A stretch of DNA of 63,219 nt, the filler included. It is 9 parts of 9 records of this genome, joined end to end, with 100 filler letters (N's around TTAATTAATTAA, not from the genome) between each part and the next. Parts side by side here need not be neighbours in the genome. Positions count along the whole stretch, not along the records: positions 5,267 to 10,714 come from DRR723986_33181; positions 10,815 to 19,942 come from DRR723986_33435; 7 more parts are not named here. One strand, given 5' to 3'. Positions 8,011-18,798 of the stretch are shown here, piece by piece. The position numbers were made by a program, and so were the translations under genes. The first letter of the stretch is position 1; every line of letters starts with the position of its first letter. Below the pieces are notes generated by a model. It was not told where the DNA came from, searched no databases, and saw nothing but the letters and a program-made list of their open reading frames with translations.

Positions 8011-10653
8011 ATGCGAGCGCCAAAGACGCTGTGGTGCACCCGTAATTCGTTCGTGCTAAATCTAGTTGCTGTGTGTCTAAGTGTGTCGACGCTTTTCCGC
8101 GGCGCGGCTGCGACCGAAGTCGACCTCCAGGAAGAAGGCCGCTTCGTCGCAAAGTATTGCTTCGCATGCCACGGTGCTCAGCGGCAGGAGGCCGATCGGC
8201 GCTTTGACGAACTCATGCGCCCAAAGGGCGAAGCTGGCGCAGGCGAGAAAACGGACGACACCGCAGAAGCTTGGCAGGAAATCCTTGATCGCCTCAACCT
8301 GGGCGATATGCCGCCAGAGGACGCAGAACTGCAGCCCAGTGATGCTGACCGACAACGCATCGTCGATCAGCTCACCAGAAAGCTGGCTGCTCTCAACGCG
8401 CGGTCGTCAGAACAAACCGTTCTGCGGCGGTTGAACAAGTACGAGTACGATGCGGCTGTGCGGCATACGCTCGGCCTCGGCCCAATGCTCGCCGACCCGA
8501 CCGCTGACTTCACGCCGGACGAGAAACGAGAGCACTTTGAAAACATTGGTGAGCATCTCGTGATCAGCGACTTTCTGATGACGCGCTATCTCGATGCATC
8601 GGACGAGTACCTGCAGGCCGCAATTGACCTCGCGAAGCAGAACGCTTCACCGCGAACACTCAAGTTTAACGCACCATTCTGCCGCAGTATGCCTAACCCA
8701 GACGGTCAGGATCGTGCCGGCAAGTACCAACACTTGCGTGAAAATCCCACAGACCGCTACGGTTATCTCTGGCTTAGCAAGCTTCGACGTGGCGTGCCGG
8801 CTGCTGGCAGGTACAAAATCCGAGTCTTTGCCTCAGCCATCAATCGGCAATACGAATACGACGAGAGTATCATACTTGCTAGCCGAAACGATCCGTTACG
8901 CCTGGGCATTGTGGCCGGCGACACTCGCGCTGGCGATATGGCAACCAACAATCCGACAGACCGACCTCTTGCCGAATTCGATGTCCCGGATGGAGAGCCG
9001 AAATGGTTCGAAACCACCGCCTGGCTAGACAAACACTATCAGCCTCGCTTCACTTACCCCAACGGTCCAGTTCGTATCAAGTACATGCGGCATAGATTGC
9101 TGAAGACCCACCGGGATTCCTTCGAAAAGTTCATTGACAATCATGTGCATGTGTTTGCCACCATGCACCCTGACTACGACAAAGAGACGGCACCTGCGCT
9201 TGAGCGAGCCTTCCTTGATGAGCAAGATCGCTTAAAGAAGGCGGGGAAACCGTACGATGTGTTCGGCACCGCGCATCGCATGCATACCGACGAAGCATGG
9301 ATCCAGTTCTACAACGACTATCAAGGGCCGAGGATTCGTATCTACGAAGTGCAGCTTGAAGGGCCACTGCCCGACGCCGAAGCTCCCCTTGCAACGTACT
9401 TCTTCCCGCAGAAAGAGATTGCTGATTCAGCGGCATCGCAACTGATTCGCGATTTTGCCATTCGCGCGTGGCGGACCGAACCGTCCCAACCAGAGATCGA
9501 CGTCGAAACGTTCATTGGTCTGTACACGAAGGAGCGGCGGGCAGAGGCAACTCAGAATGATGCGTTGAAGCTGGCCTATCAGGCGATCTTGTGCAGTCCG
9601 CGATTCCTCTACCATCGCACGAAAAGCGGTAAGCTTAGCAGCATTGAATTAGCTAATCGCCTCTCCTTTCTCCTGTGGAACCAGCCTGCGGACAAGCAGC
9701 TCATTGAAGCTGCGGTCAAAGGCGAGCTGGATACAAAGGCGGGGCTGCTTCGTCATGCCGACCGGTTGCTTTCCAGTTCGCGAAGCGACCGCTTCATCAC
9801 CACGTTGACCAATTCATGGCTCCAGCTCACGAAACTTGGAACCATGTTGCCAGATCGAACCGAGCACCCGAGCTACTACAATGAACGCCTTGAATCGGCC
9901 ATGCGAACTGAGACGCGACTGTATGTGGCCGACGCGATTCGAAGCAATCGCTCTGTTGATGTGCTGATCGATAGCGATTATACGTTTCTGAATTCGTCGC
10001 TGGCGCGGCTGTACGAGATCGATGGCATTGAGGGCCACCAGTTTAGACGAGTGCAGCTCGATGATCGCCGCCGCGGCGGATTGCTCGGGCATGCCAGCAT
10101 CTTGACGGCGACTGCAAATGGGATCGATACATCACCGGTGCTTCGTGGAGTTTGGGTGCTCGAGTCGCTATTGGGAACTCCGCCGTCGCCTCCGCCGCCC
10201 GATGTAGAGCCACTCGAACCGGACACTCGCGGGGCCACGACCATCCGTGAACAGCTTGCCAAGCATCGAAATGTTGCGACTTGTAACAACTGTCATCGAC
10301 TGATCGATCCGCCAGGCTTTGCACTCGAATCGTACGATGAGATTGGCCGTTTCCGAGCGTACTATGAATTTGGTGGCTGGCGTAGGCAACGCGGTGCAGA
10401 CGTCGATCCGTCCGGACAGTTATCCAGCGGTGGCCGATTCAGAGACGTTGTCGAACTTAAGCAGTTGTTGCTACAGTCGCGCGAATCCGTTGCCAAGAAC
10501 TTTGCTTCAAAAGTACTGACGTTAGCAACTGGCAGGCTTCATGATCCGCGTGATCGAGCGGATATCACTGACATCGTCGGTCAAGTCAGTCCGGAGTTAC
10601 CGCTGCGCGACTTGCTGCACGCTGTAGTTCAAAGTCCCGCAATGATGCGTTAG
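8011..10653 (+). CDS. Planctomycete cytochrome c / DUF1587-DUF1595-DUF1592-DUF1588-DUF1585 protein
   Basis: N-terminal CFACH and MPP, LRRLNKYEY, ELANRLSFLLW, RGGLLGHASIL, TSPVLRGVWV, CNNCHRLIDPPGFALE. Confidence 0.9.
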   Translation: MRAPKTLWCTRNSFVLNLVAVCLSVSTLFRGAAATEVDLQEEGRFVAKYCFACHGAQRQEADRRFDELMRPKGEAGAGEKTDDTAEAWQEILDRLNLGDMPPEDAELQPSDADRQRIVDQLTRKLAALNARSSEQTVLRRLNKYEYDAAVRHTLGLGPMLADPTADFTPDEKREHFENIGEHLVISDFLMTRYLDASDEYLQAAIDLAKQNASPRTLKFNAPFCRSMPNPDGQDRAGKYQHLRENPTDRYGYLWLSKLRRGVPAAGRYKIRVFASAINRQYEYDESIILASRNDPLRLGIVAGDTRAGDMATNNPTDRPLAEFDVPDGEPKWFETTAWLDKHYQPRFTYPNGPVRIKYMRHRLLKTHRDSFEKFIDNHVHVFATMHPDYDKETAPALERAFLDEQDRLKKAGKPYDVFGTAHRMHTDEAWIQFYNDYQGPRIRIYEVQLEGPLPDAEAPLATYFFPQKEIADSAASQLIRDFAIRAWRTEPSQPEIDVETFIGLYTKERRAEATQNDALKLAYQAILCSPRFLYHRTKSGKLSSIELANRLSFLLWNQPADKQLIEAAVKGELDTKAGLLRHADRLLSSSRSDRFITTLTNSWLQLTKLGTMLPDRTEHPSYYNERLESAMRTETRLYVADAIRSNRSVDVLIDSDYTFLNSSLARLYEIDGIEGHQFRRVQLDDRRRGGLLGHASILTATANGIDTSPVLRGVWVLESLLGTPPSPPPPDVEPLEPDTRGATTIREQLAKHRNVATCNNCHRLIDPPGFALESYDEIGRFRAYYEFGGWRRQRGADVDPSGQLSSGGRFRDVVELKQLLLQSRESVAKNFASKVLTLATGRLHDPRDRADITDIVGQVSPELPLRDLLHAVVQSPAMMR

Positions 10654-10663
10654 CCACTGCACT

Positions 10664-10714
10664 GAGTCATCCCTGAGCCAAGTCATCCCTGAGCCGAGTT
10701 ATCCCTGAGCCGAG
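10664..10714 (+). repeat. 16-bp tandem repeat, 3 copies plus a partial copy, truncated at contig end
   Basis: GAGTCATCCCTGAGCC / AAGTCATCCCTGAGCC / GAGTTATCCCTGAGCC / GAG. Confidence 0.85.
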
Positions 10715-10814
10715 NNNNNNNNNNNNNNNNNNNNNNNNNNNNNNNNNNNNNNNNNNNNTTAATTAATTAANNNNNNNNNNNNNNNNNNNNNNNNNNNNNN
10801 NNNNNNNNNNNNNN

Positions 10815-11057
10815 GAAGTCGGCGGCGGTTGGGTTATCGCGGAGAGAGACTTCACCGCCGAACGCCTCGTGGTGCTTTTAGATAGGTTGCTTGAAGACAT
10901 GGGCGACTTACGTGACGCTTCTGATCAAATGCGAACGCTGGCGCGGTTAGATGCGGCCGACACATTGGCGACAGTCATTATTGATATCGGCGGCAATACT
11001 GGCGATGCCGAAACCGCGGAAGGTCAAGACGTGCCGGCTGAAGGAAATGCATCATGA
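10815..11057 (+). CDS. murG: MurG glycosyltransferase, C-terminal fragment
   Basis: [18 protein letters not shown]...[14 protein letters not shown] resembles the MurG C-terminus. ATGA overlap with murC. Confidence 0.8.
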   Translation, partial: EVGGGWVIAERDFTAERLVVLLDRLLEDMGDLRDASDQMRTLARLDAADTLATVIIDIGGNTGDAETAEGQDVPAEGNAS

Positions 11058-12493
11058 AGAATGTTCCTTTTGATATCGGTATGGTTCACTTTGTAGGCAT
11101 TGGCGGCATTGGAATGTCGGGCATTGCCGAAGTTATGAAAAACCTGGGTTACAGCGTTCAAGGCTCTGATAGTGGTGAAAACGCTAATGTGCAGCGGCTG
11201 CGCAGCCTTGGCATTGATGTCAAGATTGGTCAAAGCGCTGACAACTTGAATAATGCGAAAGTTCTTGTGGTGTCGTCCGCTATTAAAAGTGACAACCCGG
11301 AAGTGGTTGAGGCGCAGCGCCGGTCCTTGCCGGTTGTGCGCCGAGCGGAAATGCTTGCAGAACTTATGCGGTTAAAGTGGTGTGTTTCTGTTGCGGGTAC
11401 GCACGGTAAAACCACAACCACCTCTATGGTCGCGGCTGTGCTGGAAGCAGGGGGTGTAGATCCAACAGTCATAAACGGTGGCATTATTAATAGTTACGGC
11501 ACCAATGCGCGCTTGGGCGAAAGTGATTGGATGGTGGTTGAAGCGGACGAGTCAGACGGCACCTTTGTGAAATTGCCGGCAACCATTGCCGTTGTAACCA
11601 ACATGGACCCCGAGCATCTGGACTTTTACGGCACCTTTGAAGCTGAAAAAGAAGCATTTAAGCTCTTTTTGGACCGCGTTCCTTTTTACGGCACGGCGGT
11701 TCTCTGTATTGACCATCCGGAAGTGCAAGGCCTGATTAAAACCATCAGTGGGCGCAAGTTTATGACCTATGGTTTATCTGCACAAGCAGATGTGCGCGCG
11801 GTGAACGTTGTAAACAAAGCCGGTAAAACCACCTTTGATGTTGAAGTGCGAAACCGCCAAGCCAATACGCTATCGACGATACCTGGCGTAAGGCTGCCTA
11901 TGCCTGGCAACCATAATGTTCAAAACGCGTTGGCAGCACTTGCTGTGGGCTTGGAAATGGGCATGACACCAGAGGTGTTGGCAGACGCATTTGCGGGTTT
12001 CGGAGGTGTTAAGCGCCGTTTCACCAAAACTGGTGAAGTGAATGACATTACCATTATTGATGACTACGGCCATCACCCGGTTGAAATTTCCGCTGTTTTA
12101 AAAGCGGCCCGTCAGTCGTTTGACCATAAGGTTATCGCGGTTGTTCAACCACATCGCTATTCACGGCTACAAAGCTTGTTTGACGAATTTTGCACCTGTT
12201 TCAATGACGCCGATGTTGTAATTGTCGCGCCAGTTTTTGAAGCCGGGGAAAAACCAATTGCGGGCGCAGATCAAGCTGCCTTGATCAATGGACTTAGAAC
12301 CCACGGTCACAGGCAAGTGGACGCCGCTACTGGTGATGCAGATTTGGCAGAAACAGTGGCAAAATACGCCGCACCCGGTGACGTTGTTGTATGTTTGGGA
12401 GCTGGCTCAATATCCATGTGGGCGAATGCCCTACCGGAAAATTTAAAGCAGAAACTTACCGAAGCGAGCGGAGCGATGACCGATGCAAGCTGA
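11054..12493 (+). CDS. murC: UDP-N-acetylmuramate--L-alanine ligase
   Basis: Motifs [36 protein letters not shown] and QPHRYSR. Confidence 0.98.
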   Translation: MKNVPFDIGMVHFVGIGGIGMSGIAEVMKNLGYSVQGSDSGENANVQRLRSLGIDVKIGQSADNLNNAKVLVVSSAIKSDNPEVVEAQRRSLPVVRRAEMLAELMRLKWCVSVAGTHGKTTTTSMVAAVLEAGGVDPTVINGGIINSYGTNARLGESDWMVVEADESDGTFVKLPATIAVVTNMDPEHLDFYGTFEAEKEAFKLFLDRVPFYGTAVLCIDHPEVQGLIKTISGRKFMTYGLSAQADVRAVNVVNKAGKTTFDVEVRNRQANTLSTIPGVRLPMPGNHNVQNALAALAVGLEMGMTPEVLADAFAGFGGVKRRFTKTGEVNDITIIDDYGHHPVEISAVLKAARQSFDHKVIAVVQPHRYSRLQSLFDEFCTCFNDADVVIVAPVFEAGEKPIAGADQAALINGLRTHGHRQVDAATGDADLAETVAKYAAPGDVVVCLGAGSISMWANALPENLKQKLTEASGAMTDAS

Positions 12494-13412
12494 AGACCGC
12501 AAAACACTTTTGGAAACTATGCCGCACGTAAAGGGGCGGTTGGTGGAAAACGCCAGTTTATCAAGGCTGAGTTGGTTTCGAACAGGCGGCAATGCGGAAT
12601 TGTTGTTTGAGCCAGCGGACGAAAATGATCTTGTTAAGGTGCTGCGTCACTTGCCAAGTTCGGTACCCATAACGGTGATTGGCGTCGGTTCTAACCTTCT
12701 GGTCAGAGACGGCGGTGTCGCTGGCTTGGTAATCCGGCTTGGTCGCGGCTTTAGTGAAATTTCGATGCGCGGTAATGTTGTGTCTGCAGGGGCAGGCGCA
12801 ATGGACGTGCATGTGGCAAAGGCTGCTGCAAAGCATGGGCTGACAGGGCTTGAATTTCTTGTAGGCGTACCGGGCACAATTGGCGGCGCCGTGCGAATGA
12901 ATGCAGGCGCTTATGGCCGCGAGATCAAAGATGTGCTTAAGCACGCCCATGCGGTTGACCGCTACGGTCATATTGTTGAGTTGTCACCAGAGGATATGGA
13001 CTATTCGTATCGGCATTCTGCGTTAGACGACACGATGATCGTGCTACGGGCTTCGCTTAACGCCTCAATTGGCAAGCAAGATGAAATTCTGGCGCGGATG
13101 AATGAAATTTCATCCTCGCGCGCTGAAAGTCAGCCGCTTGGCACACGCACTGGCGGCAGCACTTTCAAAAATCCGGAAGGCCATCACGCCTGGAAATTAA
13201 TCGATGATGCCGGTTGCCGCGGTATGCGGATCGGTGATGCACAAGTTTCTGAAAAACACTGTAATTTCCTGATCAATCACGGCGGTGCCACTGCAACTGA
13301 GCTGGAAAATCTCGGTGAAAAAGTTCGGACCGCAGTAAAGGCTAACAGCGGTGTAGACCTCGAATGGGAAATAAAGATGATTGGCTCAGCGATTAAGGAA
13401 GATAACGTATGA
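12483..13412 (+). CDS. murB: UDP-N-acetylenolpyruvoylglucosamine reductase
   Basis: Motifs [35 protein letters not shown] and [10 protein letters not shown]. Confidence 0.97.
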   Translation: MQAEDRKTLLETMPHVKGRLVENASLSRLSWFRTGGNAELLFEPADENDLVKVLRHLPSSVPITVIGVGSNLLVRDGGVAGLVIRLGRGFSEISMRGNVVSAGAGAMDVHVAKAAAKHGLTGLEFLVGVPGTIGGAVRMNAGAYGREIKDVLKHAHAVDRYGHIVELSPEDMDYSYRHSALDDTMIVLRASLNASIGKQDEILARMNEISSSRAESQPLGTRTGGSTFKNPEGHHAWKLIDDAGCRGMRIGDAQVSEKHCNFLINHGGATATELENLGEKVRTAVKANSGVDLEWEIKMIGSAIKEDNV

Positions 13413-14188
13413 TTGGTGTGATCAGGCCGAACCAACTTGCTGTTGCCATAATTTCGCTACTTCTCATTTCAGCGGCTGCAGGACTTGCCTGGAAAAGCAA
13501 TAGCCATGATTGGTTTATGGAAACCAGCGGCGATGCAGGGCTTGTGCTAACAGATCTGAAAATAAGTGGGTTAGAACGCACAACCGAAAATGATGTGCTT
13601 GCAGTGCTGGACGTGGACAACGGTATACCGCTGTTGTCGATTGATCTCGCTAAAATTCAGCACAAGATTGAGGCACTGCCTTGGGTTAAACGCACGGAAG
13701 TTGTCCGTGTTTTACCGGGGGGGCTGTCTATCAAGATTGTTGAGCGAAGCCCGTATGCTCTTGCGCAGCGTAATGGCCGGGTAAGCCTTATAGATCGGGA
13801 AGGTTTTGAGATCACCGATCGAGGCCTTGGCACTTTTAGCGATTTAATGTTGGTGGTGGGTAAAGTTTCACCCAGTGACTTGGCCTTGCTGGAAAAGGAA
13901 AAAGCCAAGGCTGGCCCACTGGCAGACCGTATTCGGTCAGTTGTGCGGGTAGGGGACCGGCGCTGGGATGTAATTTTTGACAATGGCATTCGGGTTAAAT
14001 TTCCCGCTGATGATGCCAAGCCTTACGGTGCGCCGCAAGCGTGGGACAAATTCATTGAACTTGAGCGCAGTGAACAACTGTTGGGCAGAGAAGTATCAGT
14101 GGTCGACCTGAGGTTGGCTGACAAGCTCATAGTGCGGGTCACACCAGCAGGTCGCCGCCAGATGTCTGGAAAAGAATGGGTGCTTTAA
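13409..14188 (+). CDS. ftsQ: Cell division protein FtsQ
   Basis: N-terminal TM, POTRA region (IEALPWV...RVLP...IVER), VGDRRWD and VDLRL. Lies directly before ftsA. Confidence 0.88.
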   Translation: MIGVIRPNQLAVAIISLLLISAAAGLAWKSNSHDWFMETSGDAGLVLTDLKISGLERTTENDVLAVLDVDNGIPLLSIDLAKIQHKIEALPWVKRTEVVRVLPGGLSIKIVERSPYALAQRNGRVSLIDREGFEITDRGLGTFSDLMLVVGKVSPSDLALLEKEKAKAGPLADRIRSVVRVGDRRWDVIFDNGIRVKFPADDAKPYGAPQAWDKFIELERSEQLLGREVSVVDLRLADKLIVRVTPAGRRQMSGKEWVL

Positions 14189-14239
14189 CCGAAACTGGAA
14201 TTAACCCAGTCACGGATCAGAGAAGTTGGAATAAAACTA

Positions 14240-15502
14240 ATGGTAATGAACGGCAAACAGGAACGCACCATCGCTGCGCTTGACATAGGGTCAAGCAAAG
14301 TGGCGTGTCTTATTGCTCATATTGGTCTTGATGACCAAGTTAAAGTGCTGGGCGTGGGTAACCGGGCTTGCAACGGCGGTGTTGCCGGTGGTGTCGTTGT
14401 TGATATGACGGCGACCGAGAAAGCCATTCGCGCTGCAGTCGACCAAGCTGAGAAAATGGCAGGTCAAACCGTTAGCGATGTGATCGTTGCTTTTTCGGGC
14501 AGCAACCCCAAAAGCCAGGTTATCGAAGTTGGTGTTAGCGTAGAAGGCCACGCGGTAAGCGATGCTGATTTGAAGCGCGCCCTTGATAAAGCCAGCGCAG
14601 AAATTGATGCAGAATCAGGTGAGATTTTGCACGCCTTCCCCGCAGCATATGCGGTGGATGGTAACTTTGGCGTTCGATCCCCGGTTGGTATGTACGGAAA
14701 GCAGCTTACTGTTGCCTTGTTGGTGATAGTAGCAGACCCGGGGCCGCTTCAAAATTTGCAAGCCTGTGTGCGGCGGGCGCATCTGAATGTACTTGATATT
14801 GTGCATAGCCCTTTTGCCGCGGGTTTGTCCACATTGGTTGAAGACGAAATGAAAATGGGGGCAGCCTGCATTGACATGGGGGCAGGCACCACTGGCATAT
14901 CTGTTTTTGCGCAAGGCTCGCTGGTGCATGCGGAAACAATTCCTTTGGGCGGCGCACAAGTTACTGAAGAAATTGCTCGCAGTTTATTGACACCATTTGA
15001 TCAGGCCGAACGGCTTAAAACCTTCAACGGTGCAGCCATTGTTGATCCGGCGGACGAGCGCCATGAAATTGAGGTGCAACAAGTGGGCGAGGCCGGACGG
15101 GATAGTTTCTCTCGTCAGCCTCGAAGCAGTTTGACATCTGTGATGCAAAAAGAATTGGAATTATTGTTTGCAACGGTCGCCAAACGGCTTGATGCATCAG
15201 GGTTTTCCGGCATTGCAGGTAAGCGAGTGGTTTTAACCGGAGGTGTTGCCGGGTGCGAAGGCGTGCGTGACCTTGCCACGAAAATTTTGGGACGGCGAGT
15301 TCGCATTGGCAAACCGCAATTGGTAGGTGGCTTACCCCAAGCTGCCCAAGCCCCCGGTTTTGCAAGCCTTGTGGGCTTGCTTCTCTACAGTGCACGCGCA
15401 GAAATTACCGACATGAAGCCATCCGAAAGTGATGGCCAAGAAGAGACTATAAAACAAGGAACATTTGGCCGCATGACGCGGTGGTTAAGGGACAATTTCT
15501 AA
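14240..15502 (+). CDS. ftsA: Cell division protein FtsA
   Basis: Motifs ALDIGSSKV, IDMGAGTT, AERLK, VVLTGG and a C-terminal amphipathic WLRDNF. Confidence 0.97.
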   Translation: MVMNGKQERTIAALDIGSSKVACLIAHIGLDDQVKVLGVGNRACNGGVAGGVVVDMTATEKAIRAAVDQAEKMAGQTVSDVIVAFSGSNPKSQVIEVGVSVEGHAVSDADLKRALDKASAEIDAESGEILHAFPAAYAVDGNFGVRSPVGMYGKQLTVALLVIVADPGPLQNLQACVRRAHLNVLDIVHSPFAAGLSTLVEDEMKMGAACIDMGAGTTGISVFAQGSLVHAETIPLGGAQVTEEIARSLLTPFDQAERLKTFNGAAIVDPADERHEIEVQQVGEAGRDSFSRQPRSSLTSVMQKELELLFATVAKRLDASGFSGIAGKRVVLTGGVAGCEGVRDLATKILGRRVRIGKPQLVGGLPQAAQAPGFASLVGLLLYSARAEITDMKPSESDGQEETIKQGTFGRMTRWLRDNF

Positions 15503-15577
15503 CCAGAAAACCCTGTGTATATGCTGGTCTCAGCATCCTATACCGGGTAATATGAATTGAAACGGAGGAACTGGGCA

Positions 15578-17362
15578 ATGTCTATCGATTTTGGGAATAC
15601 GGAGTTAACTGAATTAACACCGAAGATCGTTGTGATTGGTGTTGGGGGTGCGGGGTGTAATGCGGTCAATAATATGATCACTGCGCAGCTTCAAGGCGTT
15701 GATTTTATTGTGGCAAACACTGATGCGCAAGCGCTGGCAAATGCCAACGCAGACAATCGCATTCAGCTCGGCGTTGAAATAACACAGGGCCTTGGTGCAG
15801 GCGCTCAGCCCAAAATTGGGGAAGCCGCCGCCGAAGAGGCGCTTGAACGAATTGATGAAATGCTGGCTGGTTGCCACATGGCGTTTATTACCGCCGGTAT
15901 GGGCGGCGGTACAGGTACCGGGGCAGCGCCCGTTATTGCTCGCCGCGCCCGTGAAAAAGGTATTTTAACTGTTGGTGTTGTGACCAAACCTTTCCAGTTT
16001 GAAGGCGGGCGCCGCATGAAAATTGCAGAAGCTGGCATTCAGGATTTGGCCGGTCATGTTGATACGTTAATCATTATTCCTAATCAGAATTTATTCCGTG
16101 TTGCCAATGAGCGGACCACCTTTGCTGACGCCTTTAACATGGCTGATGAAGTGCTGCACTCTGGCGTGCGAGGCATTACAGACCTTATGGTTATGCCGGG
16201 TTTGATTAACCTCGATTTTGCCGATGTACGCACGGTTATGTCTGAAATGGGCAAAGCCATGATGGGTACTGGCGAGGCAGAAGGAGATGGCCGTGCAGCA
16301 GATGCCGCTGCCGCTGCCATTTCTAACCCGCTGCTAGAGGAAGCATCGCTAAAAGGCGCAAAGGGTGTGATCATTAATGTGACCGGCGGCATGGATATGA
16401 CGCTGTTTGAAGTTGATGAAGCCGTGAATATGGTGCGTGACCAGGTTGACGCTGAAGCATTGATTGTCTTTGGATCTGCTTTCAATCAAGACCTAGAAGG
16501 AAAATTGAGAGTCTCAGTTGTCGCAACAGGTATAGAAGGGACTGGCGGCGTGTATATGCCTGTGCCAGAGCCGCGCCGCGAAACGGTTGAGGTAGCAACA
16601 GAAAAAGCAGTTGAGCCAGTTGCCGAAGAAGCTCCTGTCGATGATTTTGATGCTCCCGTGCAGGACGTACTATCGGCAATTCAGGAAAAGCTGAATCCAG
16701 AAGCTACAGATGACACTTCCGACGAAGAGTTGACGGTGCCTTCTTTCGCCGCTGAGAATGGCCCTGAAGATGCCCTTGAAGAAAATGCCAAAGCATCCTC
16801 TGAAGAAGTTGAAACTGGCATGCCACAGGAAACTGATGCTGAGCCGGTAAAGGAAAAGCCAGCTGAATTTATCGCAGCAGTAGGTGCAGAGAATGAAGAG
16901 GAAACCGCTCAGCAGCCTGAAATAGTTGATCTTGAACAGCGGGCATTGCAAAATCAGGGTACGGATATGTTTGTTGCTGATGCGCCTATGACACCAAAAG
17001 AGGCTGTTCAAGAGGTGGGCGAAGTTTCAGTTAGCCGTGAAGACGCCTACATGAGCGACACACAAGACCGAGAAGAAAAGGTTGTTGAGGTTGTTCAGGA
17101 AGAACCAGCCAAGAAAAAGAGCTTGTTCCAATTGATGACATCGGGTTTGCGCAATTCGGACTCAGCTGAGGCTGAATCTGTGCTGCCAACACCGGCAAGC
17201 AATGATGCTGGTTCTCATGCGCAAGATGTTGGTGCGCAAAATGCCCAATCTCAAAACCCTGATGGGGTGCTAGGTGGTTTGGCTGCAGAGGACCGCCCGG
17301 CACCTGCCGCGAAGACTGATCAACTGGAAATTCCCAGTTTTCTGAGGCGTCAACAAAATTAG
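15578..17362 (+). CDS. ftsZ: Cell division protein FtsZ with long acidic linker
   Basis: [13 protein letters not shown], tubulin signature [17 protein letters not shown] and C-terminal [10 protein letters not shown]. Start set at MSIDF. Confidence 0.98.
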   Translation: MSIDFGNTELTELTPKIVVIGVGGAGCNAVNNMITAQLQGVDFIVANTDAQALANANADNRIQLGVEITQGLGAGAQPKIGEAAAEEALERIDEMLAGCHMAFITAGMGGGTGTGAAPVIARRAREKGILTVGVVTKPFQFEGGRRMKIAEAGIQDLAGHVDTLIIIPNQNLFRVANERTTFADAFNMADEVLHSGVRGITDLMVMPGLINLDFADVRTVMSEMGKAMMGTGEAEGDGRAADAAAAAISNPLLEEASLKGAKGVIINVTGGMDMTLFEVDEAVNMVRDQVDAEALIVFGSAFNQDLEGKLRVSVVATGIEGTGGVYMPVPEPRRETVEVATEKAVEPVAEEAPVDDFDAPVQDVLSAIQEKLNPEATDDTSDEELTVPSFAAENGPEDALEENAKASSEEVETGMPQETDAEPVKEKPAEFIAAVGAENEEETAQQPEIVDLEQRALQNQGTDMFVADAPMTPKEAVQEVGEVSVSREDAYMSDTQDREEKVVEVVQEEPAKKKSLFQLMTSGLRNSDSAEAESVLPTPASNDAGSHAQDVGAQNAQSQNPDGVLGGLAAEDRPAPAAKTDQLEIPSFLRRQQN

Positions 17363-17383
17363 AAATATCGTTTCAGCAGATAT

Positions 17384-17410
17384 AAAAGCCGGGTTTTGCC
17401 CGGCTTTTTT
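17384..17410. terminator. Bidirectional intrinsic terminator between ftsZ and moaE
   Basis: AAAAGCCGGG-TTTTG-CCCGGCTTTTTT between convergent genes. Confidence 0.85.
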
Positions 17411-17419
17411 GCTATTAGG

Positions 17420-17872
17420 TTAGGATTTTTCCCATTTATCGAGTGATTTTTCATCCGATTGTTTTGCTTTCACCCAAGTCTCGCCTTTGCGCGCGCTCTC
17501 TTTTTTCCAGAACGGCGCGTTTGATTTCAGGAAGTCCATTAGAAATTCCGCTGCATTAAAAGCGGCTTGGCGGTGCGCTGAAAGAGTTATTACCAAAACA
17601 ATATTGTCGCCGGGTTTAAGGGTGCCGTAGCGGTGGATTACTCTGCATCCAAGCAAAGGCCAACGCTTTTCCGCAATGCCAGCAATGCGCTCCAGCTCTT
17701 TTTCTGTCATGCCGGGGTAATGTTCCAGCGTCATGCTCCGCAATGATCCGCCTAAGTCTCTGACGGTGCCAGTAAAGGTTACAACCGCGCCAACGTTTGT
17801 ATTATCGCTTTTAAGCGCAGCAATTTCCTTGCTGATATCAAAGTCTTCTGATTGAACGCTGATGGCTGCCAT
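17420..17872 (-). CDS. moaE: Molybdopterin synthase catalytic subunit
   Basis: Motifs GAVVTFTGTVR, LEHYPGMTE, IHRYG, HRQAAF and APFWKKE. Confidence 0.96.
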   Translation of the reverse strand: MAAISVQSEDFDISKEIAALKSDNTNVGAVVTFTGTVRDLGGSLRSMTLEHYPGMTEKELERIAGIAEKRWPLLGCRVIHRYGTLKPGDNIVLVITLSAHRQAAFNAAEFLMDFLKSNAPFWKKESARKGETWVKAKQSDEKSLDKWEKS

Positions 17873-17887
17873 ATGCTTTGCCGATGT

Positions 17888-18139
17888 CTATCCGCCAGTA
17901 ACGGGTGGGAAAATTGCGATCTCATCGCTGTCATTAATAACGGTATTATGGTCTGCATGTACCTGATTAACGGCTACTTTAACAAATACACGTTCTTTCA
18001 GCGCAGTTGAGTGGCCTTCACTGGCACTAGATAAGTGTTCCAATAGGTCATGCACGGTATGAATATTGTCTGGCTTGTTAATGTTTTCTTCAGCCTTGCC
18101 AATGGTTTCGCGCATCCATGAGAAATACTTAATTTGCAA
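17888..18139 (-). CDS. moaD: Molybdopterin synthase sulfur carrier subunit
   Basis: Ubiquitin-like fold, VAVNQ motif and C-terminal FPPVTGG. Confidence 0.95.
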   Translation of the reverse strand: MQIKYFSWMRETIGKAEENINKPDNIHTVHDLLEHLSSASEGHSTALKERVFVKVAVNQVHADHNTVINDSDEIAIFPPVTGG

Positions 18140-18142
18140 GAG

Positions 18143-18706
18143 TTACACCATATGTTTGAGGCCGGCGCGCAGGTAATCATACCCGGTATAGAGCGTGAGA
18201 ATAGCCGCGACCCAGAGTAAAGCCAGCCCAATTTCCAGGGCAGGGAGGCCGAAAACAGGCGCCCCTTCTGTCCATACCAATGACCCAAGCGCAACCATTT
18301 GCATGGTTGTCTTCCATTTGGCCAGCAAAGTAACCGGTACGCTAACTTGAATGCCCGCAAGAAATTCACGAAGACCTGAGACGAGAATTTCCCTACACAT
18401 AATAATAACCGCTGCGACCACATGAATGCCTGATACCCAGCCAACACTAACAACCATAATCAAGATGGCGCCCACCATTAGCTTGTCGGCGATTGGGTCG
18501 AGGAATTGACCAATAACAGAAACAGTACCTGAGGCGCGCGCTAAATACCCGTCAAAAAAGTCGGTAATACCCGCTAGAGCAAACATTATAAACGCAATAT
18601 GGCTGCCAAGCGGTTGGTCCATATAGAAAGAACCTACCAGAATAGGGATCACGAAGATGCGTGACATGGTTAGTATGTTGGGCAGATTCCACATAAATTG
18701 GGCCAT
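18143..18706 (-). CDS. pgsA: CDP-diacylglycerol--glycerol-3-phosphate 3-phosphatidyltransferase
   Basis: Motifs NLPNILT, TDFFDGYLAR, FLDPIADK, REILVSGLRE and AKWKT. Confidence 0.96.
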   Translation of the reverse strand: MAQFMWNLPNILTMSRIFVIPILVGSFYMDQPLGSHIAFIMFALAGITDFFDGYLARASGTVSVIGQFLDPIADKLMVGAILIMVVSVGWVSGIHVVAAVIIMCREILVSGLREFLAGIQVSVPVTLLAKWKTTMQMVALGSLVWTEGAPVFGLPALEIGLALLWVAAILTLYTGYDYLRAGLKHMV

Positions 18707-18798
18707 GGGCTAATTGCGATAGGGTTGGGGCCACCATACTGTTTTATGCAGCCAGGTCAACGCACTGGATTGAATAGGGGTCAGTTTTTTGCCAACAC

